Below, one piece after another: positions 48,297-57,092 of a stretch of 64,000 nt of DNA. The first letter of the stretch is position 1. Every line of letters begins with the position of its first letter. The DNA comes from Alphaproteobacteria bacterium (GTDB taxonomy: Bacteria; Pseudomonadota; Alphaproteobacteria; UBA828). The translations under genes were made by a program, and so were the position numbers. Location of the stretch: positions 1 through 64,000 of the forward strand of contig CAXXVO010000009.1 in NCBI GenBank assembly GCA_963422645.2. Direction: 5' to 3'. Below the pieces are notes generated by a model. It was not told the origin of the DNA and made no database searches. It saw nothing but the letters and a program-made list of their open reading frames with translations.

Positions 48297-50062
48297 TGCC
48301 GTGAAACAGATTCTGGCGAGGGACGCGCGGTGACGCTCCAACCCCGAGGTCACGGCGTTGGCTGAGACCGCCAGGGTCGGCGCGGCGGAGACGAGCGGTG
48401 GACTTCCCCGATGTGGTCCGAAGCGGTCCCGCGTAGCCGGCTGACGAGATGCGGGCCGCTCAGGCGGCCTTGAGTTCCGCGCCTACGGGCTCGATGTAGC
48501 CGTAGCGGCGGAGCATGCGGATCCACCGAGGAGCGTTGCGCTTGACCATCAGAGCGTCGTAGTCGGCCGTGCGGTCGTAGTAGGGCCTGCCGGTCTTGAG
48601 CACCACATAGATGATGCGCAGCATCTTGTGAGCGCCGGCGACGATGGCGCGCTTGTAGCCGCGCCGGGCGGCGAGGGCGCGGTGATGAGCCTCGAACTGG
48701 CACCCCTTGGTTCGGGCCGCGCCGTGGGCACACTCGACGAGGCAGGCGCGCAGGGTCTTGGAGCCCATGCGGGTGCGTGCGTTGCGGCGCTTGCCCCCGC
48801 TCTCGTTGTTGCCGGGGCAGAGCCCGGCCCAGGCGGCGAAGTGCTCCTTGGAGGCGAACACGCCGATGTCGGGGCCGATCTCGATGAGGATGGTCGAGGC
48901 GGCGGTGCGGTCGATGCCGGGGATGGTGGTCAGCAGACGGAGCTGCTCCTCCCACGGTGTCATCTGCCCGTCGATCTTCCTGGTGTAGGACGCGATGCGC
49001 GCCTCAAGCGCGTCATGCTCCTCCAGCAGGTCGTTGAGCATGAAGCGGTCGTTGTCGCCCAGGCTCAGGGTGAGCGCCTCGCCGAGCCCCTCCAGCTTGT
49101 TCGCAACGTGGCTGGTGAGCGAGGCGAGGATGACCTCGCGCGCCGTCCCCTGCGCCAGGCCGTCGAGGATCTTCCGGCCGTTGACGCCGAAGACGTCGGA
49201 GAGGATGCCGCCGATGCGCGCACCGGCGCGGTCGATGATCTTCTGCACGCGGTTGCGCACGGCGGAGCGCTGCCTGACCAGGACGCGGCGCTGGCGGCTC
49301 AGTGCGCGCAGCTCCCGGAACGGCTCAGGCGGAACGTGGGAAGGCGTGCAGAGCCCGAACTGGCACACGCAGGCCAGCCACACGCTGTCCGCCACGTCGG
49401 TCTTGCGCCCCTTCAACTGCTTCACCTGACGCGCATGCACCAGGATCGCCTCGAGCCCGGCCGCCTCCAGGGCCGCGAAGGGCGCCTGCCAGTAGACCCC
49501 GGTCCCTTCCATCACCGCAGCCTCGACGCCGTGACCGGTCAGCCACGCGACCATCTCCTCCAGACCGCTCGGCAGCGTGCCGAAGCAGCGCGTCTCCACC
49601 ACCGGCTCACCCTCGCCCTCACAGAGGCGAACCGTCGCGGTGATCTCCATCTTGTGCACGTCCAGACCCGCCGCGCGCGGCCGGACGACGTGCAAGCCTT
49701 CCGTCTTCATCGCCTTCCTCCTCATTTGCGCTCTCGCCACGGCGGCGTACGATCACGCCGTGGCATCGCCACGGTGGAGGCGGGGACAGCGGTCGGAAGA
49801 ACACGCATCCGACGAGCGGGTGCGGTGCAATTTGCCGCGCGTCCACGGCCACGGGCCGGGTACAATACGGGGTGCGGAGCCGGCCGCCGGAAGCAGTTTT
49901 GTCATCGGGAACTACGTCACCGATATAACGACGCTCACACGTCCCCACCTCCGCCAATACCCATCCTGACACGGCAAATGGGTGCAAGCGCAAGGAAAAC
50001 GTCAGCCGAACCGCTCCTGTTTCATGCCACGGGGTGGCTCAGAACCGCGGGGACCATGACTG
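48297..50062 (-). mobile_element. IS110-family element, copy 3 (1766 bp)
   Basis: Direct repeat, joined to copy 2 by CTG-TTTT-GCC (one extra T). Confidence 0.92.
48460..49710 (-). CDS. IS110-family DEDD recombinase, copy 3
   Basis: Translation identical to copy 1. Confidence 0.95.
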   Translation of the reverse strand: MKTEGLHVVRPRAAGLDVHKMEITATVRLCEGEGEPVVETRCFGTLPSGLEEMVAWLTGHGVEAAVMEGTGVYWQAPFAALEAAGLEAILVHARQVKQLKGRKTDVADSVWLACVCQFGLCTPSHVPPEPFRELRALSRQRRVLVRQRSAVRNRVQKIIDRAGARIGGILSDVFGVNGRKILDGLAQGTAREVILASLTSHVANKLEGLGEALTLSLGDNDRFMLNDLLEEHDALEARIASYTRKIDGQMTPWEEQLRLLTTIPGIDRTAASTILIEIGPDIGVFASKEHFAAWAGLCPGNNESGGKRRNARTRMGSKTLRACLVECAHGAARTKGCQFEAHHRALAARRGYKRAIVAGAHKMLRIIYVVLKTGRPYYDRTADYDALMVKRNAPRWIRMLRRYGYIEPVGAELKAA

Positions 50063-50175
50063 TTTTGTGAGTTTGATCGGGCACCAGGATCGCGTAGGCG
50101 TTGTGGAGTTTGGCGTCGAGCAGACGATCGAAGGCATAAGCGAGGTGAACCGTGGGCCGAGCGCCCAAGCGACGT

Positions 50176-50505
50176 TCAGCCATGCCGATCCGCGTCCGAT
50201 AAAAAGCGTCTCAGCGCCCGCGCGACGATCTCCCCGATGGAGTGGCCGCTGCTCCTGGCGTGGGCTCGCAAGGTCTCCGCCAGAGTGCCTGGAATCTTGA
50301 TGGTGATCGGGATCAGCTCTTCGGTCGGCTCGGCCGGCTGGCCCATGGCGCGCGCGTCCTGGACGTAGCGATAGGACTGACGCTGCGACAGCCCGAAGCG
50401 CTGCGACAGCCGTGCCACGGCTTCGCTCGCCGTGGCGCCCTGGGCGAGCAGCGTGTAGGCGGCATTGAGCCGCTCGACCTTCTGGGATCTTGTTGACCGG
50501 ATCAT
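50176..50505 (-). CDS. Small HTH/RHH-like DNA-binding protein, first gene of the recombinase element
   Basis: LSQRFGLSQRQSYRYV (HTH-like), then ITIKIPGTLAETLRAHA...IGEIVARAL (RHH-like). Lies inside the TIR. Confidence 0.72.
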   Translation of the reverse strand: MIRSTRSQKVERLNAAYTLLAQGATASEAVARLSQRFGLSQRQSYRYVQDARAMGQPAEPTEELIPITIKIPGTLAETLRAHARSSGHSIGEIVARALRRFLSDADRHG

Positions 50506-50602
50506 TTGCCATAAGAATATTACCGTTTGCGGCGCAAGTCAGTCAAGGGACGGTCTCGCCATTCCACAATCTGACGTTCGAAGCGGAAGTTACCTTTTGC
50601 GT

Positions 50603-51868
50603 TCAGGGCGTCAGCGCGCAGCATGCGAGGTAATTTGCGAGGCGCGTGTTGCGCAGGACCGCGACGTTGGCGGCCCTGTACAGCTCGAAGTCGGCTTCAA
50701 GATCGGCGATCGGCGGCGGGCTGACCGCCACCGTGGGCATGATGAGAACGCCGTGCCGCCTGATCCGCGCGTGGAGACGCCCGGCGATCTCGGCAAGACC
50801 CTGCTTGGCCCGGTCGGCGTCGGTTGCTGACATCTGGGCGCCGGAGCGGATGCGCTCCTGGATGGGTGTGTAGACCAGCTCGGGCCGCGACTCGATCACG
50901 TCGTACCAAAGCGCGTGGCATTCGGCGGCGTGATAGGGGCCGAGTCGACCGACCAGCGCCTCGGCCTCATCGAACTCGGGCACCGGCGTCTCGTCGATGG
51001 TGCAGCCGGCGGCGCGCAGGCGCTCGACCGCGCCGCGTGAGGCCGCCTCCACGTGGGGATCCAGCGAGCCCCAGACGAGTGTGGTCGGGAACGCGAAACG
51101 GGTGCGCGAAACTGTGGCGCCTTCGAGGTCGGGCGCCGGGCGGTTGCCGGCGCCGAAGCGCCCGTCGAGCACGGCGAAGAGGGCGGCAGCGTCGGCCACG
51201 TCTTGGGTCAGCGGGCCGACCGTGTCCATGCTGGTGCTGAGCCCCAGCACGCCATCCAGCGGCAGCAGCCCAAAGCTCGTCTTAAGACCGACGAGTTCGT
51301 TCCACGCGGCAGGCACACGCACGGAGCCGCCCGTGTCCGAGCCGATGGCGGCGGCGGCAAGGCCGCGCGAGAGGGAGACGGCCGCGCCCGAGGACGACCC
51401 GCCGGGCAGGCGGGCGAGGGACTCGTCGAAGGGATTGGGCGGCGTGCCCAGCTTGGGATTGAGCCCGAGGATGGAGAAGGCGAACTCGCTCTGGTTGGTC
51501 TTGCCGAGGCAGACCAGGCCTGCGCGGGTGGCGCGCGCTAGAACCGTCGCATCGCGTCGGGCGACGCGGTCCGCCAGAGCCGGCGTGCCGTGGCCGGTGA
51601 TGTCGCCGGCGCTGTCGTAGAGGTCCTTCCACGAGATCGGCACGCCGTCCAGCGGCGATTGTCTGAGGCCGGTCCGGGCACGCCGGTGGGCGGCGTCGGC
51701 CTCGGCGCGGGCGCGCTCGGCGGTGAGGCGCAGGTAGATCGCGCGGTCGCCGTCGGCAGCCTCGATCCGCTCGAGGAAGAACGCGGTCAGCGCACGTGGA
51801 TCGATGGCGCGGCTCCCGATGCCTGCGCCGAGCGCAAGCGCGCTCATCCGATGCCAGTCGCCGCTCAT
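50603..51868 (-). pseudogene. Amidase-signature family enzyme, 3'-truncated by the recombinase element
   Basis: GVPISWKDL, PGGSSSG, IGSDTGGSVRVPA. The ORF ends at CALTP* with the stop inside the element's inverted repeat; the usual C-terminal LP-GL segment is missing. Confidence 0.8.
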
Positions 51869-52121
51869 GGCCGACCGCCTCCCGCCGCTCCCGTCTCCGC
51901 GCCCGCATTTGTAGTCGCTCCCGCGCCCCTATGACAGCCGGCGCTACAGGGCTGGACGGGGGGTGGCGCCCGCTTCCGTCGGATCGTGGGCTTTGCGCGC
52001 TTGCGCCTTCGGCGGCGCCCTCGCTAAACTCTTAACAGCAACCTGAAGATTCGGTCGGCGCGGTGCTCCACCCGTCGGCTGTTGTGCGACCTTCGAACCA
52101 CAAGCAAGGGGAGGCGGCTCG

Positions 52122-53522
52122 ATGGAGTGGTTTCACAAACGGAAGCAGACCAAGAAGCAGAAGTTCGATGAGGAGATCAAAGCCTCTGGCGGAATCGTCG
52201 ATCCGCGCAACCCGTCGCGGCGGGGCTTCATGTCGATGGCCGGCACCGCAGCCATGGGTGCGATGGGCGTGGCCGGGGCCAACACCCTGGTGCAGCTGAA
52301 CGGTGGCGCCAAGGCCGACGGCGAGCCGATCCCTGTCGGCGCCATGCTGCCCTATACCGGATGGGGCGCGGAGGATTCGCGCAACTTCGAGGCCGGCATC
52401 AACTTGGCGGTCGACGAGATCAACTCGTTCGGCGGCGTCCTCGGCCGGCCCCTCGAGGTCCATTTCGAAGACACCAAGGAGATCACCGCCGAGACGGTGA
52501 CCTCGGCCGCGCGGCGCCTGATCGACCGGCACGAGGTGCACGCCATCATCAACGGCTACAACACGTTGTCGGTGCGTGCCGAGTACGACACCGTCGCGGA
52601 TGCGGGGATCCCCTACATCCACGACAACACCCAGTACGGCCACCAGTTTTCGGTCAAGGACAATTTTGACCGCTACTATTGCATCTTCCAGGACGACCCG
52701 TCCGAGTACTATTACGGCTCGGGCCTGATCTACTTCCTGGACGAGCTGGAGAAGCTCGGCAAGTGGAAGCGGCCCAATAACCAGTTCGTGCTCTTCTCGG
52801 GCAGCATCGATTATGCAATCACCATCGCAGCGGCGATCCGCGACACGGCGCCGCAGTTCGGTTGGGATCTCGCGATCGACGATGTCGTGACCCAGCCGGT
52901 CGACGACTGGGGCCCGGCGCTGGTGCGTGCGCGGGAGATCGCCCCCGCCATCATCGCCGCGACCCACGGATTCCCGACCGATCAGACCGGCCTGGTCACC
53001 GGCTTCGCCGAGAACCCGACGAACAGCTTGGTCTACGTGCAGTACGCGCTGCAGCAGCGGGCCTTCCTCGATATCGTCAAGGAGACCGGCGAAGGCGTGT
53101 TCTGCTCGACCACGATCGGCACCCTGCAGGACGAGATCGGCAACGCCTTCTCGCGGAGGATTCGCGATCGCTGGGGTGAGGACATGACCCCGATGGTCGC
53201 GGGCCAAGTTTACGACTCTTACTATCTGTGGGCGATCGCGGCCGCCCGCGCAGGCGGCACGGGCGTGCCCTACGACGGCATCGAGCAGAACAAGAAAGTC
53301 TGCCACTTCCTCCGCGAATCGATCTATCGCGGCGTGGTAGGCACCATCCGCTTCATGTGGGGCCAGGCGGCGACGCCTTATCCGGCGGAGACCAACGACC
53401 CGTCGCTCGGCATGCCGACGATCATGATGCAGTGCCAGGATTGGACCAAGGACGTGGTCTTCGTCGGGCCGTCGCCTTACGATACGGCCGACTGGATGAC
53501 CCCGCCGTGGACCACCGGCTAG
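52122..53522 (+). CDS. Liv/urea-type ABC substrate-binding protein with Tat-like signal
   Basis: SRRGFM leader, IPVGAMLPYTG, AVDEINSFGGVLGRPL. Confidence 0.87.
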   Translation: MEWFHKRKQTKKQKFDEEIKASGGIVDPRNPSRRGFMSMAGTAAMGAMGVAGANTLVQLNGGAKADGEPIPVGAMLPYTGWGAEDSRNFEAGINLAVDEINSFGGVLGRPLEVHFEDTKEITAETVTSAARRLIDRHEVHAIINGYNTLSVRAEYDTVADAGIPYIHDNTQYGHQFSVKDNFDRYYCIFQDDPSEYYYGSGLIYFLDELEKLGKWKRPNNQFVLFSGSIDYAITIAAAIRDTAPQFGWDLAIDDVVTQPVDDWGPALVRAREIAPAIIAATHGFPTDQTGLVTGFAENPTNSLVYVQYALQQRAFLDIVKETGEGVFCSTTIGTLQDEIGNAFSRRIRDRWGEDMTPMVAGQVYDSYYLWAIAAARAGGTGVPYDGIEQNKKVCHFLRESIYRGVVGTIRFMWGQAATPYPAETNDPSLGMPTIMMQCQDWTKDVVFVGPSPYDTADWMTPPWTTG

Positions 53523-53574
53523 CCCCCATCACCCCGGAGGCATAAGAACAAGAGCCGGGATCACGGTCCAGCCG

Positions 53575-54381
53575 ATGGCTTCTGGGGAACGTGTACCGCT
53601 GCTGGCGTGCCGTAACGTCTTCAAGTATTTCGGCGCGCTGGCGGCGGTGAACGACTTTGATCTCGACGTACACGCAGGCGACGTGGTTGGCATCGGCGGC
53701 CCGAACGGCGCCGGCAAGACCACGTTCATCGACGTGATCTCGGGTATCAACCCGGCGACCAGCGGCGAGATCGAATTGGAGGGGCGGGATATTTCGAAGG
53801 TCCGCCCCGACCTCATCTGCCATCGCGGCATGGCCCGTACCTTCCAGCTCAATGCAGGCTTCGACTCGCTCACGATCCGCCAGAATGTGCTGATCGGCTC
53901 GGCCTTCGGGCTCGGCGACCGCGGCGTGCCGGCGGTGACCTTCTCACGGGCGATGCGCGAGCGGGTGGACCGTGCCCTTGAGCTCTGTCGGCTCACCGAT
54001 CGAGCGGAGGCGGTCGCCCGCGACGTGCCCGTGCTGGAGCGCAAGCTGCTCATGCTTGCCAGCGCGGTTGCGACCGACCCCAAGCTGCTCCTCATCGACG
54101 AGCCGGTGGGCGGACTCAACCCGCATGAAGTCGACGACGTGATGGAGATCGTCCAAGGCCTCGCCGCCGAGGGCATGACGATCATCCTGATCGAGCATGT
54201 GATGCGCTTCCTGCTCCAGATTTCGACGCGGGTCGTCATCATGCATCACGGCGAGAAGATTTATGAGGGCAACACCCAGGGGCTGCTGAGCGACCGGCGC
54301 GTCGTCGAGGTCTATCTCGGCGAGGGCACGGCGGATCGCCTGCAGCACATGTTGGCAGACCGGGCGGCCGCCAATGGCTGA
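53575..54381 (+). CDS. Branched-chain-type ABC ATPase (LivG-like)
   Basis: FGALAAV, GPNGAGKTT, MARTFQ, IDEP, IEH, VVEVYLG. Confidence 0.9.
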   Translation: MASGERVPLLACRNVFKYFGALAAVNDFDLDVHAGDVVGIGGPNGAGKTTFIDVISGINPATSGEIELEGRDISKVRPDLICHRGMARTFQLNAGFDSLTIRQNVLIGSAFGLGDRGVPAVTFSRAMRERVDRALELCRLTDRAEAVARDVPVLERKLLMLASAVATDPKLLLIDEPVGGLNPHEVDDVMEIVQGLAAEGMTIILIEHVMRFLLQISTRVVIMHHGEKIYEGNTQGLLSDRRVVEVYLGEGTADRLQHMLADRAAANG

Positions 54382-55090
54382 GCCGCTCCTCGCCGTTCAG
54401 AACCTACATGCGGGCTACGAAGGGCTGAGAGTCCTCAGGGACGTATCCTTCGACGTGCCCGAAGGAGGGCTCATCACTCTCCTCGGCCCCAACGGGCACG
54501 GCAAGACCACACTGCTGCGGTGCATCGCCGGTCTCCTCAGGCCGAGCGCCGGCCGGATTGAGTTAGCGGGACGGCGGATCGAAGGCGCCGAGGCGGAGAC
54601 CGTGGTCGGGCTCGGCGTCGTCCTGATCCCGCAGGGCGACATGCTCTTCCCGGACATGAGCGTCTACGACAATCTCAGGATGGGAGCCTACCTGCCCCGG
54701 GTGCGCAAGACATTCGAGCAGGATGTCGAGAATATCTACACGATCCTGCCCCGGCTGAAGGAGCGCACGACGCAGCTCGCGCGCACCCTCTCGGGCGGTG
54801 AGCGCCGGATGCTTGCCATCGGCCGCGGCCTGCTCTCGGGCGGGCGCATTCTGATGATCGACGAGCCCTCGTTGGGCTTGGCCCCAATCGTTATCGACCA
54901 GATCTACGAGATCATCTCCGACCTCAAGGCGTCGGGGCGCACGATCCTCCTGGTGGAGGAGAATGCGAGCCGGATCATCGACATCGCCGACCGCATCCAT
55001 CTGCTCGACACCGGCACAATCGTCTGGGCTGGTAACGGCGAGGAGCTGCATTCCAACCAGCAGATCCTCGAGACATACCTCGGCGGCTGA
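54374..55090 (+). CDS. Branched-chain-type ABC ATPase (LivF-like)
   Basis: GPNGHGKTT, LSGGERRMLAIGR, DEPSLGLAP, ETYLG. Confidence 0.9.
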   Translation: MAEPLLAVQNLHAGYEGLRVLRDVSFDVPEGGLITLLGPNGHGKTTLLRCIAGLLRPSAGRIELAGRRIEGAEAETVVGLGVVLIPQGDMLFPDMSVYDNLRMGAYLPRVRKTFEQDVENIYTILPRLKERTTQLARTLSGGERRMLAIGRGLLSGGRILMIDEPSLGLAPIVIDQIYEIISDLKASGRTILLVEENASRIIDIADRIHLLDTGTIVWAGNGEELHSNQQILETYLGG

Positions 55091-55108
55091 CGGCATCGGC
55101 GACGCACA

Positions 55109-56002
55109 GTGAACTTCTTTATCCAGATCATCGTCAGCGGCCTCACCTTCGGGGCCATGTATGCGCTGGCCGCAGTTGGGCTCGCCCTCGTCTGGGGCGC
55201 GTTCAACATGCTCAACATGAGCCACGGCATCATCATGACGCTCGGCGCCTATTTCGTGCTCGTCTGGGCCGAGGGGTGGGGATTCCCTCTCTGGTTCGCG
55301 GGCCCCTTCGCGTTCATCGCCGGCGGGCTCCTGGGCGTGGCGATCTATTTCGTCTCGGCGCACTGGATGCTGCGCCAGAAGAATTTCGAGGTGACGATCA
55401 TCATCGCCACCTTCGGCCTCGGCATGGCGCTGGAAGCGGGTCTGATGAAGATCCTGCGCGAGTGGTTCCAGGCCTCGCCCTACGCGCAGCCGCTCTCCAT
55501 GGGCGCCAATTCGTTCCTCGTCGGCGACGTCCCGGTCAGCTATCAGCGCATCATCATCTGGGCTGTGGCCGTGGTGCTCATCGTGCTCGTCGGGCTCTTC
55601 CTGACCCGCACCACTATGGGCCGCGCCATCCGCGCGACCGCGCAGAACCGCGACGCCGCGCGCCTGATGGGCGTCAAGGTCAAGCGGGTCTATGTCATGG
55701 TGCTCGCGCTCGCGAGCGCGCTTGCGGGCGTCGCCGGCATCATGCTGACCTCGTTCAAGGACATCGTGCCGCTGATGGGCCAGACGCCGATGCTGAAGGC
55801 GTTCATCGTCATCGTGCTCGCCGGCCTCGGCAACTTGACCGGCGCGCTCTATGCCGCGCTTCTGATCGGCATGGTGGAGGCGGCGGTCAAGGTGCTTCTC
55901 GCCGACAAGTGGGGCTTCCTCGCCATGCTCGTCGTGGTGGTCATCGCGCTCATCTGGCGCCCCGCCGGGTTGTTCGGCAAGCACCAGATCGCACGGCAAT
56001 GA
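55109..56002 (+). CDS. Branched-chain-type ABC permease (LivH-like)
   Basis: YALAAVGLALVWG...NMSHG, GRAIRATAQN, LKAF. Confidence 0.9.
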   Translation: MNFFIQIIVSGLTFGAMYALAAVGLALVWGAFNMLNMSHGIIMTLGAYFVLVWAEGWGFPLWFAGPFAFIAGGLLGVAIYFVSAHWMLRQKNFEVTIIIATFGLGMALEAGLMKILREWFQASPYAQPLSMGANSFLVGDVPVSYQRIIIWAVAVVLIVLVGLFLTRTTMGRAIRATAQNRDAARLMGVKVKRVYVMVLALASALAGVAGIMLTSFKDIVPLMGQTPMLKAFIVIVLAGLGNLTGALYAALLIGMVEAAVKVLLADKWGFLAMLVVVVIALIWRPAGLFGKHQIARQ

Positions 56003-56012
56003 CGGCAGCACG

Positions 56013-57071
56013 ATGAAGAACCGCGACTACATCCTCTTCGCCATCCTGCTGGCGTTGGCGGCGGCGTTCCCCTTCATGGGGATCCCCCGCTACATCATCG
56101 CGAGCGCGCTCCTGCTCTTCTGCTACGCGACCGTGGTCAGCCAGTGGAACCTGGTGTTCGGCGTCGCCGGCATCTTCTCCCTGGCGCAGCTCGCGATCTT
56201 CTCCTTCGGCGCCTACACGACGGCGCTGATGGGCCGCTACCTGGACTGGAGCCTGTGGCCCACCTTCCCCGTGGCCGGTGCCGCCGGAGTCGTCTTCAGC
56301 ATCTTCATCGGCCTCGCCTGCCTGAGAATGCGGGGCATCTATGTGGCGCTGCTGACACTCGCCATCTCGCAGACCATGTTCGTGCTGATCCAGACCGATT
56401 CCAACTGCAGCGCGCTCAACAAGGCGATCAATCCGTCAACCTGCGTCTCGTTCACCGGCGGCGCGCAGGGGTTGGGAGACTTCGGCACCTTCGGCTGGCG
56501 CGAGGTGCTGGGCGGGCGCAACTGGATGATAGGCGACTACTACTCCATGCTGGGCCTGCTCATCGTCGCACTCGTCTTTACGGTGGCGATGACTCAGAGC
56601 CGCATCGGGCTTGCCTTCAAGGCGTTGCGCGACAATGAGGAGCTGGCCACCTCGCGCGGCGTGAGCGTCTTCAAGTACCAGCTCATCGTCTTCGCCGCCT
56701 CGTCCTTCCTGACCGCCATGGCGGGCAGCTTCTACGCGGCGCACTTCGGCTCGGTCGGCTCCAACCTCGTGGCCTTCCCGCTCCTTCTCTTCCTGATCTC
56801 GATGCTCGTGGTCGGCGGCATCGGCCGCACCTGGGGGCCGCTGCTCGGCGCAGGGCTGCTGATGGTCGCCGACGAGTTCTTCAAGGAGTTCTCCGACCTG
56901 CGCAATGTCGGCCTCGGGCTTGTGGTCCTGATCTTCATGATCTTCCTGCCGGAGGGTGTCGCCGGCGCGATCGAGTCGGTCAGCAAGTTCCTCCAGAGAC
57001 AGGCGTTCGTCCAATACATCCAACGGCGATTGGCCGGGGCCCCGCGACGAGACTCGGCCGCGCCTGACTAG
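56013..57071 (+). CDS. Branched-chain-type ABC permease (LivM-like)
   Basis: WNLVFGVAG, LRMRGIYVALLT, SRIGLAFKALRDNE, VVGGIG. Confidence 0.9.
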   Translation: MKNRDYILFAILLALAAAFPFMGIPRYIIASALLLFCYATVVSQWNLVFGVAGIFSLAQLAIFSFGAYTTALMGRYLDWSLWPTFPVAGAAGVVFSIFIGLACLRMRGIYVALLTLAISQTMFVLIQTDSNCSALNKAINPSTCVSFTGGAQGLGDFGTFGWREVLGGRNWMIGDYYSMLGLLIVALVFTVAMTQSRIGLAFKALRDNEELATSRGVSVFKYQLIVFAASSFLTAMAGSFYAAHFGSVGSNLVAFPLLLFLISMLVVGGIGRTWGPLLGAGLLMVADEFFKEFSDLRNVGLGLVVLIFMIFLPEGVAGAIESVSKFLQRQAFVQYIQRRLAGAPRRDSAAPD

Positions 57072-57092
57072 ACTCACCGCGGAACGGACGCG

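Larger units (their letters stand above)
44758..50064 (-). repeat. Head-to-tail tandem array of three IS110 elements (periods 1768 and 1769 bp)
   Basis: The unit start GCCGTGAAACAG recurs at 44761, 46529 and 48298. ORF-track translations internal to the unit are identical across copies. Confidence 0.97.
44672..50183 (-). pseudogene. Small (~68 aa) middle gene of the recombinase element, split by the IS110 array
   Basis: MAERRLGARPTVHLAYAFDRLLDAKLHNAYAILVPDQTHK from ATG 50183 overlaps the upstream stop. Joining the flanks gives ...IPVRAQDIGDDHEDRSHLRAGLRRAAER*, overlapping the recombinase start. Confidence 0.6.
43074..50612 (-). mobile_element. Large-serine-recombinase element with 24-bp terminal inverted repeats, containing the IS110 array
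   Basis: GACGCCCTGAACGCAAAAGGCAAC (43074-43097) vs GTTACCTTTTGCGTTCAGGGCGTC (50589-50612), 23/24 inverted match. Host genes are truncated at both repeats. Confidence 0.82.

Noticed and set aside
45091-50070. 480-501 aa plus-strand ORFs in each IS110 copy
   Set aside because: They are antisense to the recombinase, have no recognisable domain, and their ends vary with the junction T count.
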